From a bacterium (GTDB lineage Bacteria > Patescibacteriota > Minisyncoccia > Phycocordibacterales > UBA12079), in contig DAOWHH010000010.1 of NCBI GenBank assembly GCA_030641525.1, forward strand, positions 1-59,697: a stretch of DNA of 59,697 nucleotides, read 5' to 3'. Positions within the stretch are counted from its first letter, which is position 1. Each line of letters opens with the position of its first letter. A program made the position numbers and the translations under genes. The notes beneath the pieces were generated by a model. That model ran no database searches. It saw nothing but the letters and a program-made list of their open reading frames with translations, and was not told where the DNA came from. Positions 19,001 to 26,160 of the stretch are shown piece after piece.

Positions 19001-19150
19001 GAAGTGAATGTTAATGATTGGAGTATTTTCTTATTTAGATGGGGAGGATCTGATACTAATTTAAGATCTAAATTAGATCTAGATTCCAATGGAAGTGTTG
19101 ATATTAGAGATTTCAGTATATTTTTAAAAGCCATAAAAACAAGAATTTAA
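16013..19150 (+). CDS. Secreted Fn3-repeat surface protein with Ig-like domains and C-terminal dockerin
   Basis: Signal peptide and a unique ~200-aa N-domain, then five ~114-aa repeats (PS.ISDL...DL.WTA.GDDG.TGTA..YDIRYS...YYFAIKTSDEVPN). Two Ig-like modules follow. The C-terminus carries two dockerin Ca-loops, DFNKDDEVNVNDWSIFL and DLDSNGSVDIRDFSIFL. Confidence 0.85.
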   Translation: MFFLKNIIRIFIFFLLSVFPIAQVLADTTTYDFLGVDNSNQGTNNYPIAIEHDSDIFPWTISLEQNDSANPTDAEYINISTDNTSEWITDDSGQKDEMAITFRFFIQEIISDISNIQIRWNGNTGGTTASNHSIWLRKDGLDEFGGTNTWVQLGSSLSIDPNVDTDLIRNLISDFSTYINGSSGQFEFVVTTDGNSESLKTNYIEVITTYITTPLPDTTPPSTISDLSTSGATTSTIDLDWTAVGDDANSGTATTYDIRYSTSNITNDTDFNNATQVSGEPSPSIAGTPESMTITGLSSNTLYYFAIKTSDEVPNTSTLSNVSSLSTTIIPDTIAPSVISDLALSNPSDSAITVSWTAPGDDGSTGTATIYDLRYSTSNITNDTDFNNATQVSGEPTPSIVGSSENKIVAGLDSNTLYYFAIKTSDEVPNTSTLSNVFSLSTTATPDITAPATISDLITSGITNNSINLDWTAQGDDGSTGTASTYDIRYSTSNITNLNWSSAIQATGEPSPSVAGSSESFTISSLSPSTLYYFAIKTSDEVPNESALSNVPTGTTSAIADTTPPSTISDLSTSGATTSTIDLDWTAVGDDANSGTATTYDIRYSTSNITNDTDFNNATQVSGEPSPSIAGSNESMTVTGLSDSTLYYFAIKTSDEVPNTSALSNIPSLSTITSIDNIAPSSVSDLTTSTPTQTSIDLDWTAPGDDGSTGIATTYDIRYSTSNITNDTDFDNATQVANEPIPSTAGSFESITISGLSSNTTYYFAIKTSDEVPNESTLSNITSLSTNEEPNIVIPIGGVSGGISATSIVFSGQAYPGSKIIVQMKDDLSSLYKNVPLSVYQMSNTGEFYISYTALLSGQYFLTLKARDKKGQETGIQSFNVDFRTDKRLLVENIIIPPTISFNYDLLKLSDALEISGYSSPDSKVELKIDDIIKKETTADSSGYYSFLFNPGDFILGLHRVKVKQSKGENESNFSFPRTFKVSSLIYPQADFNKDDEVNVNDWSIFLFRWGGSDTNLRSKLDLDSNGSVDIRDFSIFLKAIKTRI
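16661..18380 (+). repeat. Five tandem ~342-bp intragenic repeats (Fn3-like modules)
   Basis: Repeat starts are at about 16661, ~17005, ~17350, 17693 and 18038. Repeats 1 and 4 share a ~140-nt stretch with a single mismatch by eye. Confidence 0.9.
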
Positions 19151-19180
19151 AAATTATTATTAAAAAATATTAATTAATAT

Positions 19181-19450
19181 ATATGCAAAGCATATAATTC
19201 CATCGCTCGGATATAGTAAAAATAATCATTAACATAATCATTTTTACTAGTCCTCACTCGAAATTAGATGAAACAAGCATATAATTCCATCGCTCGGACA
19301 TAGTAAAAATAAATATTAACATAATCATTTTTACTAGTCCTCACTCGAAATTATATGAAACAAGCATATAATTCCATCGCTCGGACATAGTAAAAATAAA
19401 TATTACCATAATCATTTTTACTAGTCCTCACTCGAAATTATGAAGCAGTA
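19181..19450 (+). repeat. 3.1 x 87-bp tandem repeat covering the 5' region and start codon of the cohesin gene
   Basis: Units start at 19190, 19277 and 19364. Each carries GCATATAATTCC and the hairpin TAGTAAAAAT-(16 nt)-ATTTTTACTA, then CCTCACTCGAAATTA-ATG-AAA-CAA. Units 2 and 3 differ by 1 nt before the 2-bp indel at the genuine start. Confidence 0.95.
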
Positions 19451-21164
19451 CCTTTTATTAACACCTTTTATATTTTTATATTTCGGTATTTTTGGTGTTG
19501 CCAATTCTGCCACTCTTTATCTTCTTCCCGAATACAGGAATATGGATATAGGGCAGGAATTTTTTGTAGATGTAAAAGTAGATACTAATGAAGATTTTAT
19601 CAATGCTGTTCAAAGCACTATTGATTTTCCTAATAATATAGAAATTATTGGTTCAGATAAACAGAATTCTGTATTTAATTTTTGGATAGAAGATCCAGAA
19701 ATTTCAGAAAGCAAAGATCAAATTATTTTTATTGGAGGAACTGCTAAAGGAGTTTCTGGAGAATCTATTCAAATTTTAAGAATAAAATGTAAATCAATTG
19801 GTACCGGTACAGGAACAATAGAAATGACAGAATCCGTTGTGACGGCTAATGACGGAAAAGGAACAAATATTTTGTCTGATATAAAAAATACTAGTATCAA
19901 TGTAGGTACCAATATTCAAGTATCAGAAGATATAAGTATAGCTGAAGCACCTAGAATTATTCCTCAAATAATTGAAAGAAAAGCTGTTATTGCTAAAGAT
20001 TTACCGGCCAAACCAGAATTAAAAGTTTCTTTATATCCAGATCAAGAAACTTGGTATAATCACCAAGGAGAAACAACAATTTTATGGGAAATAACAGATG
20101 ATGTTATAAAAACAGCTATTAGTGTAGATAATAATCCAAATTCAGAACCAGATACATCTGAGGATGCTCTATATACTGGTAAGAATATCGGTGTTTTAGA
20201 AGAAGGGATTCATTATATTCATGTTCAATTTAAAAATAATAAAGGTTGGGGTGAAGTAGCTCATTATAAAGTATTTATAGATACAACTTCCCCATTAGCT
20301 TTTGAAACAGAAATTAGTTCTTTTACTTCTACAAATCCTAGTCCAGAAATAACTTTTAAAAGTGGAGATGCTCTTTCTGGTTATTCTCACGCTTTAATAT
20401 ATGTAGATGAAAAAGAACCAATCTTTACTAAGGATAATTTCTTAACTCTTCCTATTCAAAAATTAGGAGGTCATTCATTAACAGTTCGTGTTTTTGATTT
20501 TGCAGGCAATAGTATAGAAGACGATTTAAATTACGAAATACTTCCTCTTGAAACCCCCACAATTAGTTTTTTTACAGAAAAAATATCTCAAGGTGAGATG
20601 ATATTTATTTCAGGAATTTCTATACCAGAAACTATTGTAATTTTAAAGATTCAAAAAGATGAACAGATAATATCTGAAGAAATTATAGAAACTGATGAAA
20701 CAGGAAAATGGGAATTGGCTTTGGATAAATTATTAGCTAAAGGTAATTATCTTCTTTCGGTTAAAGCTAGAGATAATAGAGGAGCTATTAGTTTAGATTC
20801 AGAAACAATTAATGTAAAAATTACTGCTCAAATAATATTTTCTTTAGGTTTGATGGATTTAGGTTGGTTTGAAATTTTTATTATAATTATGTTAACTTTA
20901 TCCATAGGGGGAACAATTGGAGTTTGGTATTATTTATCACAGAAAGAAGTCAAAGAAGCTTATAAAATTATAGCTAATAGAGATGTCAAAAAAATGAGCA
21001 AATTATTAGATGAAGATGTTTCTTTTATAGAAAAAGAATTTAAAAAAGAGAAAAAAATATCTTCAGAAGGAAAAGTGTCAATTGAAAGTTATATTAAGAA
21101 AATAAAAGATAATATTAAGAAAATGGATAAATATTTAGGTATTGAAATTAATAAATCAAAATAA
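19440..21164 (+). CDS. Cohesin-domain surface protein with C-terminal TM anchor
   Basis: Signal peptide, then a cohesin-like N-domain (ATLYLLPE...DIGQEFFVDVKVDT...INAVQSTIDFP...VVTANDGKGTNIL). Ig-like modules follow, then a TM helix FEIFIIIMLTLSIGGTIGVWYYL and a K/E-rich cytoplasmic tail. Confidence 0.8.
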   Translation: MKQYLLLTPFIFLYFGIFGVANSATLYLLPEYRNMDIGQEFFVDVKVDTNEDFINAVQSTIDFPNNIEIIGSDKQNSVFNFWIEDPEISESKDQIIFIGGTAKGVSGESIQILRIKCKSIGTGTGTIEMTESVVTANDGKGTNILSDIKNTSINVGTNIQVSEDISIAEAPRIIPQIIERKAVIAKDLPAKPELKVSLYPDQETWYNHQGETTILWEITDDVIKTAISVDNNPNSEPDTSEDALYTGKNIGVLEEGIHYIHVQFKNNKGWGEVAHYKVFIDTTSPLAFETEISSFTSTNPSPEITFKSGDALSGYSHALIYVDEKEPIFTKDNFLTLPIQKLGGHSLTVRVFDFAGNSIEDDLNYEILPLETPTISFFTEKISQGEMIFISGISIPETIVILKIQKDEQIISEEIIETDETGKWELALDKLLAKGNYLLSVKARDNRGAISLDSETINVKITAQIIFSLGLMDLGWFEIFIIIMLTLSIGGTIGVWYYLSQKEVKEAYKIIANRDVKKMSKLLDEDVSFIEKEFKKEKKISSEGKVSIESYIKKIKDNIKKMDKYLGIEINKSK

Positions 21165-21173
21165 AATAATTAT

Positions 21174-21554
21174 ATGCAAAAAACTATTGTACAAGTTATA
21201 GAAGATGATGAGATTTTATCTAATACTATAAAAGATGAGTTAGAGGGTGAAGGGTTTGAAGTTATTCAATCTTTTGATGGAGAAGAAGGTTTAAAAATAG
21301 CGAAGGAAAATAAGCCTGATATTATTCTATTAGATATAATAATGCCCAAACTTGATGGTATAGCTGTATTAAAAATGTTAAAACTTGATGCTAATATAAA
21401 AAATATTCCAGTTATTATTTTGACAGTATATGGAGATATGGATAAAATTTCAGATACAATAGAATTGGGAGCCAAGGCTTATTTCATTAAAGATCAACAA
21501 AAACTCTCAGAAGTTGTCAAAACTGTTAAAGAAATTTTAAATAATAAAAATTAA
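21174..21554 (+). CDS. Single-domain response regulator (receiver only)
   Basis: EDDE, IILLDIIMP, T and K (YFIK) receiver signature. 9 nt after the cohesin gene. Confidence 0.9.
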   Translation: MQKTIVQVIEDDEILSNTIKDELEGEGFEVIQSFDGEEGLKIAKENKPDIILLDIIMPKLDGIAVLKMLKLDANIKNIPVIILTVYGDMDKISDTIELGAKAYFIKDQQKLSEVVKTVKEILNNKN

Positions 21555-21555
21555 T

Positions 21556-21660
21556 ATGTTAATAGAGTGGAAGGGTGGATATAATGTAAATGTAAAAGAA
21601 TTAGATAATCAACACAAAATATTTGTTGGTATGATTAATAAATTATCTCAAAATCATTAA
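21556..21660 (+). pseudogene. Truncated hemerythrin-like N-terminal fragment (34 codons)
   Basis: MLIEWKGGYNVNVKELDNQHKIFVGMINKLSQNH* matches the canonical bacteriohemerythrin N-terminus (W...Y..G...iD.qHk.lf..iN.L). It stops after helix 1 and overlaps the 3' end of acyP. Confidence 0.6.
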
Positions 21661-21910
21661 ATTCATTTTGAGGTTTTTTATAAACAACCTCAATATTATC
21701 CACTCGTGAAAGGATAGGACCTTTATGTAAATATCCAAGTAATTCTTTCAAAATATTCTCCTCCCCTTCTGCCACCAAAAATACAGACTTATCTGATAGG
21801 TTTTGAACAAAACCAACTAAACCCAAAGAACGAGCTTTTCTTTGCGAAAAATCACGAAACATAACCACTTGCACCCTCCCTGTTATTCTACATTCTAGTC
21901 TTTTTTTCAT
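21635..21910 (-). CDS. acyP: Acylphosphatase
   Basis: 91 aa. ITGRVQVVMFRDF and GFVQNLSDKSVFLVAEGEE match the acylphosphatase signatures. Confidence 0.85.
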   Translation of the reverse strand: MKKRLECRITGRVQVVMFRDFSQRKARSLGLVGFVQNLSDKSVFLVAEGEENILKELLGYLHKGPILSRVDNIEVVYKKPQNEFNDFEIIY

Positions 21911-21938
21911 ACAAAAATTATTGCTTTTATCATATTAG

Positions 21939-22493
21939 TTATTGTTCATAAACTACAAATTTATATTCAGATAACCGTACAGTTTCTAGTTCAGGATACA
22001 TATCATCGAGTTTATTTTTAAATTTATCTTCATAGTGAGGAATAAGTTTAATAGGTAATAACCCAAGACCTTCAAATACTTTATCAGATAAAAAACTATA
22101 GAAAACTTTAGTAAGAACATTTGCTCCAGCAGAATCCCCTGCAATTATCTTACCTTCAAATAATTTCTGTAGATTAGGAAATCTTTTCATAATTTCCAAT
22201 ATTTTTGGAGATAATCCTCCGTGTAGATATATAATATCAGCTTCTTTTATTTGATCTTCAAATGATTCTTCAGTAGCAACTTTAAATGATAATCCTTTAT
22301 CCCCTTTATTTTTATTAAATTGATTAATATCTTCTTCTTTGTTTTTAGGAATCCTATCTTTTTCTTTAGCAAAATATACAAGTAATATTTCAGCTTTTTC
22401 AGGAGCGTCTTTTAATATTTCTTTAGTGAATTCATCGTTTCCTTGTTCTTCTCCAAAAGTGAATCCCCCGTGTAAAATAAATTTAGTTTTCAT
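21939..22493 (-). CDS. Peptidase S51/class I glutamine amidotransferase-like protein
   Basis: IYLHGGL and AGDSAGANVL motifs resemble the peptidase E family. Confidence 0.55.
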   Translation of the reverse strand: MKTKFILHGGFTFGEEQGNDEFTKEILKDAPEKAEILLVYFAKEKDRIPKNKEEDINQFNKNKGDKGLSFKVATEESFEDQIKEADIIYLHGGLSPKILEIMKRFPNLQKLFEGKIIAGDSAGANVLTKVFYSFLSDKVFEGLGLLPIKLIPHYEDKFKNKLDDMYPELETVRLSEYKFVVYEQ

Positions 22494-22504
22494 AGTTATT
22501 TTTG

Positions 22505-22575
22505 TTGCCGGACTAGGATTCGAACCCAGATTAGCGGAACCAAAATCCGCGGTCCTACCATTAGACGATCCGGCA
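22505..22575 (-). tRNA. tRNA-Gln (anticodon TTG)
   Basis: Reverse complement: TGCCGGA-TC-GTCT-AATGGTA-GGAC-C-GCGGA-TTTTGGT-TCCGC-TAAT-CTGGG-TTCGAAT-CCTAG-TCCGGCA-A. 71 nt. CCA is not encoded. Confidence 0.93.
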
Positions 22576-22668
22576 ATATATGTTATTTACTCCTATTTTA
22601 CCTTTAAAAAGATGTTTTTTCAATACTTAAATATTTATCCATTTTTTTTAATTTTATAATTACATACC

Positions 22669-22845
22669 ATGAAAACAACAAAAAACTATATTGTAGTAAA
22701 TAACATAAAATATCCTTATTCTTTAACCGAAAAGAATAAAAAGATAGTATTTTTTAAATGTCCCAAAGCTAATATATTCCAAGAGTTTTTAGCTGAAGAT
22801 ATTCCTAATTTATTAAAAGATTTACCCAATTTGATTTTGAGTTAA
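22669..22845 (+). CDS. Small ORF, 58 aa (MKTTKNYIVVNNIKYPYSL...)
   Basis: Below the track cutoff. ATG-initiated ORF that fills an otherwise empty 290-nt gap. No clear SD. Confidence 0.35.
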   Translation: MKTTKNYIVVNNIKYPYSLTEKNKKIVFFKCPKANIFQEFLAEDIPNLLKDLPNLILS

Positions 22846-22861
22846 TTTAAAAAACAATTGA

Positions 22862-23341
22862 TTAAACATTTTTTATTTCAAGAGGTATCTCATAACTTAT
22901 TTTAAAATTTTTATCATTCAATTGTTTTATTGATATTCTATATACATAATCACCTGGAATTGTGATAGTAATACTATCCATCTTAAATTTGAAACGCATA
23001 ATTCTTTTACCTTTTTCAAAATTTAAAGGGGTATAAATCTCTCCTATTATTTTGTTTTTTGGATCAATAATCTCTAGTTTTACATCAATATTAAATTCTT
23101 TATCATCTATATCAAGATTTAATATTCTTCTAAACAAAACAATAATCTCATGATTGAAAAGGATTGTTTTGTTTTTATTTTCTTGAGAAAAAGTTTTTTT
23201 AGGTAAATTTATTTGACTAATAATATTAAATAGAGAAATATTATTTAATTCTTGGTCAATTGATGCTTGGCTACAAATTAATCCCCATTCAGATTTAATT
23301 GGTAAAAATGGTGTTTTTTTTGATATTTTTTTTCTCTCCAT
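22862..23341 (-). CDS. Hypothetical protein (159 aa)
   Basis: Clean ORF. Last gene of the same-strand run dnaX-DUF4258-DUF2283. Confidence 0.6.
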   Translation of the reverse strand: MERKKISKKTPFLPIKSEWGLICSQASIDQELNNISLFNIISQINLPKKTFSQENKNKTILFNHEIIVLFRRILNLDIDDKEFNIDVKLEIIDPKNKIIGEIYTPLNFEKGKRIMRFKFKMDSITITIPGDYVYRISIKQLNDKNFKISYEIPLEIKNV

Positions 23342-23357
23342 AATAATAAATATTAAG

Positions 23358-23651
23358 TTAAGTAAATGCTGGTACCTTCATTAAATCAGTAATGTAATCA
23401 GTATATTCAGAACCAATTTTAGATTTAGGTTGTTTGATTGTTTTTACTATTCCCAAATTTATAAATTTTTCTCCCACAGCAAATACACTAATAGGATGTT
23501 TTTTTGCATCCAATATCTCTATTCCAATAACCTCACCGTTTTTATCATAATCAAAAAGAAGCCAATCTTTTTCTTCTTTAGTATTTACAACTTTAGCCTT
23601 TTTTAAACAGATGTATTTTACATCTATTTCTTTGTCATAATTAATTTTCAT
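23358..23651 (-). CDS. DUF2283 family protein (putative antitoxin)
   Basis: MKINYDKEIDVKYICL...DYDKNGEVIGIEILDAKKH is the typical DUF2283 pattern. Confidence 0.75.
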   Translation of the reverse strand: MKINYDKEIDVKYICLKKAKVVNTKEEKDWLLFDYDKNGEVIGIEILDAKKHPISVFAVGEKFINLGIVKTIKQPKSKIGSEYTDYITDLMKVPAFT

Positions 23652-23862
23652 AATAACAAGTAATTACCATTATTTTATTTTTTAAATCATTATAAATAAC
23701 CACTAAAATTCTTCCATCATCTAAAATTCCCTTTATTTTAATATTACCACAAGATTGATTTTTAATCTTGATATAATTTTTTAGAACATATTTGATTTGT
23801 GGAATTTCAAAACCACGATCTAATAGTCTGCATTTTGCATGATTTGATAGAATTATCTTCAT
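23641..23862 (-). CDS. DUF4258 family protein (putative toxin)
   Basis: ILSNHAKCRLLDRGFEIPQIKYVL...ILVVIY...IMVITCYY fits DUF4258. 11-nt overlap with the DUF2283 gene. Confidence 0.75.
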   Translation of the reverse strand: MKIILSNHAKCRLLDRGFEIPQIKYVLKNYIKIKNQSCGNIKIKGILDDGRILVVIYNDLKNKIMVITCYYEN

Positions 23863-23899
23863 TATATTAAATTATATCAAAATTCAATTAAAAACAATA

Positions 23900-24937
23900 T
23901 TATTCTACCTTTTTTGACAATTTTATCAACATCAATTCTAAAGGTAATTGAGAAATATGAGCAGATTTTATTTGTTCGTAAGCATCCAATAATTCTTTTA
24001 TAGTTTCTGAATTTATATTAGATTCTTTTTCTTTACTTAATTTTTGAATAAATTCAAAATCTTTTTCTGAAAAATCATTTTCTATTTTCTTTTCCATATC
24101 TTTAGCAAAACGCAATAATAAAATAGCTCTGATTTTATGTAATATTAATTTTGCAAAAACTTGCATATCAATACTATTTCCAACAGATTTTTCAACTACT
24201 TCCAACCCTTTTTCCAAATTCTTATCAGACAAAGCAGAAATAAAATCATTCACTAATTCGTTTTTAGGAGCTCCTGTGATTTTTTCTACTTCACCAATGC
24301 TTATCTTAGAATCTTTAGAAGCACTTATCACTTTTTGTAAAATTCCAAGAGTATCACGAAAAGAGCCATCTCCTAATAAAGCAATCAAATCCTCTGCCCC
24401 GTTTTCCAATTCCAATTTTTCTTTTTTACAAATATCCAAAATAGCTTTTTTTAGAATTTCTTGAGTTGGTTTTTTAAATGTAAATGTCTGACAACGAGAA
24501 AGAATTGTATCTGGAATCTTTTCAATTTCGGTTGTAGCCAAAACAAATACAACATGTTTAGGAGGTTCCTCAAGGGTTTTCAAAAGGGCATTAAATGCCT
24601 CTTTAGTAAGCATATGGACTTCGTCAATAATATATACTTTGTAAGGAGATTCAAAAGGTAAAACATTCACAGCTTCTCTTAATTCTCTTATATCGTCTAT
24701 TCCTCTATTTGAAGCCGCATCCATTTCATTCAAGTCATTAAGAGAGCATTTTATCTCCTGAGCCAATAACCGAGCAATACTAGTTTTTCCCGTTCCTCTA
24801 GTACCTGAAAAAAGATAAGCATGGGCAATATTCCCTAAAGAAATCGCTTTTTTTAAAGTATCAGTAATATGTTCTTGCCCCAAAACTTCCTTAAAATCTC
24901 GGGGACGATATTTTCTATATAATACTAATTCGCTCAT
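23900..24937 (-). CDS. dnaX: DNA polymerase III subunit gamma/tau (short form)
   Basis: Start moved to ATG 24937 (MSELVLYRKYRPRDF). Walker A GTRGTGKTS, DEVHML, SRCQ.F.F. Confidence 0.9.
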   Translation of the reverse strand: MSELVLYRKYRPRDFKEVLGQEHITDTLKKAISLGNIAHAYLFSGTRGTGKTSIARLLAQEIKCSLNDLNEMDAASNRGIDDIRELREAVNVLPFESPYKVYIIDEVHMLTKEAFNALLKTLEEPPKHVVFVLATTEIEKIPDTILSRCQTFTFKKPTQEILKKAILDICKKEKLELENGAEDLIALLGDGSFRDTLGILQKVISASKDSKISIGEVEKITGAPKNELVNDFISALSDKNLEKGLEVVEKSVGNSIDMQVFAKLILHKIRAILLLRFAKDMEKKIENDFSEKDFEFIQKLSKEKESNINSETIKELLDAYEQIKSAHISQLPLELMLIKLSKKVE

Positions 24938-25110
24938 TGGGTGTATTATACCAAAAATTACCATATTTGAATAATAAAAAGCCTACTTATACCGGAGTAT
25001 ATAGTAGACTTAGTTTGAAAAAATATCGTTTATTATCCTTATAAGTGTCGTATTTTTAGAAGATCTCCACCATTACACTCATATTCTATATTATTTATAT
25101 TAACGTAATT

Positions 25111-25141
25111 AGAAAAAAGAAAAACTCCGTATAAAACGGAG
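25111..25141 (-). terminator. Intrinsic terminator on the minus strand
   Basis: The minus strand reads CTCCGT-TTTAT-ACGGAG followed by TTTTTCTTTTTTC. Confidence 0.6.
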
Positions 25142-25409
25142 CTAAATAATAAAATTTTGTTTTAATATTTATTGTGGAGGGTAGAAATTATTTTCGTAAT
25201 TAAGTAATGGTGTGGTCTGAGAGAAAAGGAGGAAGTTCTCTCTTTACGATGAACAATTCCTACCCTTTAAAAGTACTACTTATGTCCAAAGGAGGAGTTT
25301 ATTCCAAAAAAGCAATGGGAGTCCTGCTCCACGCCGCCCGAAGGGAAGTCTTTAATGACCATAGACTCCATCCCTATTTCCGTGACACGTAATCTGTTCT
25401 TCCTTGAAC
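25142..25409 (-). ncRNA. Candidate structured RNA upstream of dnaX (unclassified; SRP RNA is one possibility on synteny alone)
   Basis: The 500-nt gap has no credible CDS. A locally GC-rich core is present (GGAGTC...CTTCCCTTCGGGCGGCGTGGAGCAGGACTCC on the minus strand). A minus-strand TTGACA (25444-25439)-17 nt-TAGTAT (25421-16) lies upstream and the terminator at 25141-25111 lies downstream. Confidence 0.35.
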
Positions 25410-25467
25410 ATAGATATACTATTATCTATTAACATATTTGTCAACCTCTCTACACCAATTACAATAT

Positions 25468-26160
25468 TCAACCCCATTGTTTCGCTTCCAAAGCTTTTTT
25501 AGCTGCTACTTGTTCAGCTTCTTGTTTAGAAATCCCCTCTCCCTCTGCAATTATTTTATTTTTTAATAAAACTCCCACTCTAAATCTTTTATTATGGTCA
25601 GGTCCAACTTCTTTTATTATTTCATAAGAAGGTGTCTCTTTTTCTATTTCCTGTGCTTTTTCTTGGAAATGACTTTTAGCATCTTGCCATAATTGTTTTT
25701 CCACTACATCGTCAGTTTTTTGTAAGAAATTATTTTCTATAAATTCTGAAGCCTTTTCATATCCTTGGTCTAAATAAATAGCCCCAATAATAGCTTCTAT
25801 TACATTCGCTATAATAAAATCTCTAGCTCGTCCGGTGTCTTTAGATTCCCCTTTAGATAAAAGTAAAAATTCATTTACATCTAAATCCTGAGCTATACTC
25901 AAAAGTGATGGAGTATTTACAATTGCAGAACGATAGGATGTTAAAACACCTTCTGTTTCGTTTGGAAATTTAGTAAATAAATAATAAGTAGATACCAATT
26001 CTAAAACAGCATCTCCTAGAAATTCTAACCTCTCATTATGTTCCATATTTTCCCCTCTATGTTCGTTTAAATAGGAACGATGTGTTAAAGCTGTTTTTAA
26101 TAATTCAATATTTTTAAATTTCACCCCAATCTTTTCTTCTAATTTTGTAAAATCAATCAT
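25468..26160 (-). CDS. rnc: Ribonuclease III
   Basis: ERLEFLGDAVL signature and a C-terminal dsRBD (GPDHNKRF...GEGISKQEAEQVAAKKAL). Confidence 0.93.
   Translation of the reverse strand: MIDFTKLEEKIGVKFKNIELLKTALTHRSYLNEHRGENMEHNERLEFLGDAVLELVSTYYLFTKFPNETEGVLTSYRSAIVNTPSLLSIAQDLDVNEFLLLSKGESKDTGRARDFIIANVIEAIIGAIYLDQGYEKASEFIENNFLQKTDDVVEKQLWQDAKSHFQEKAQEIEKETPSYEIIKEVGPDHNKRFRVGVLLKNKIIAEGEGISKQEAEQVAAKKALEAKQWG

Noticed and set aside
19181-19450. Possible CRISPR array (regular 87-bp periodicity).
   Set aside because: The whole unit repeats with no unique spacers between repeats, the period is too long, and there are no cas genes. It is a plain tandem duplication.
23900-24937. Programmed frameshift site in dnaX producing gamma.
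   Set aside because: The gene is already short (345 aa, domains I-III only). I saw no A-AAA-AAG-type slippery heptamer with a downstream hairpin in a suitable position.
25207-25392. 61-aa plus-strand ORF in the rnc-dnaX gap.
   Set aside because: It has no SD and atypical amino-acid composition, and it coincides with the GC-rich hairpin region. An RNA element explains it better.
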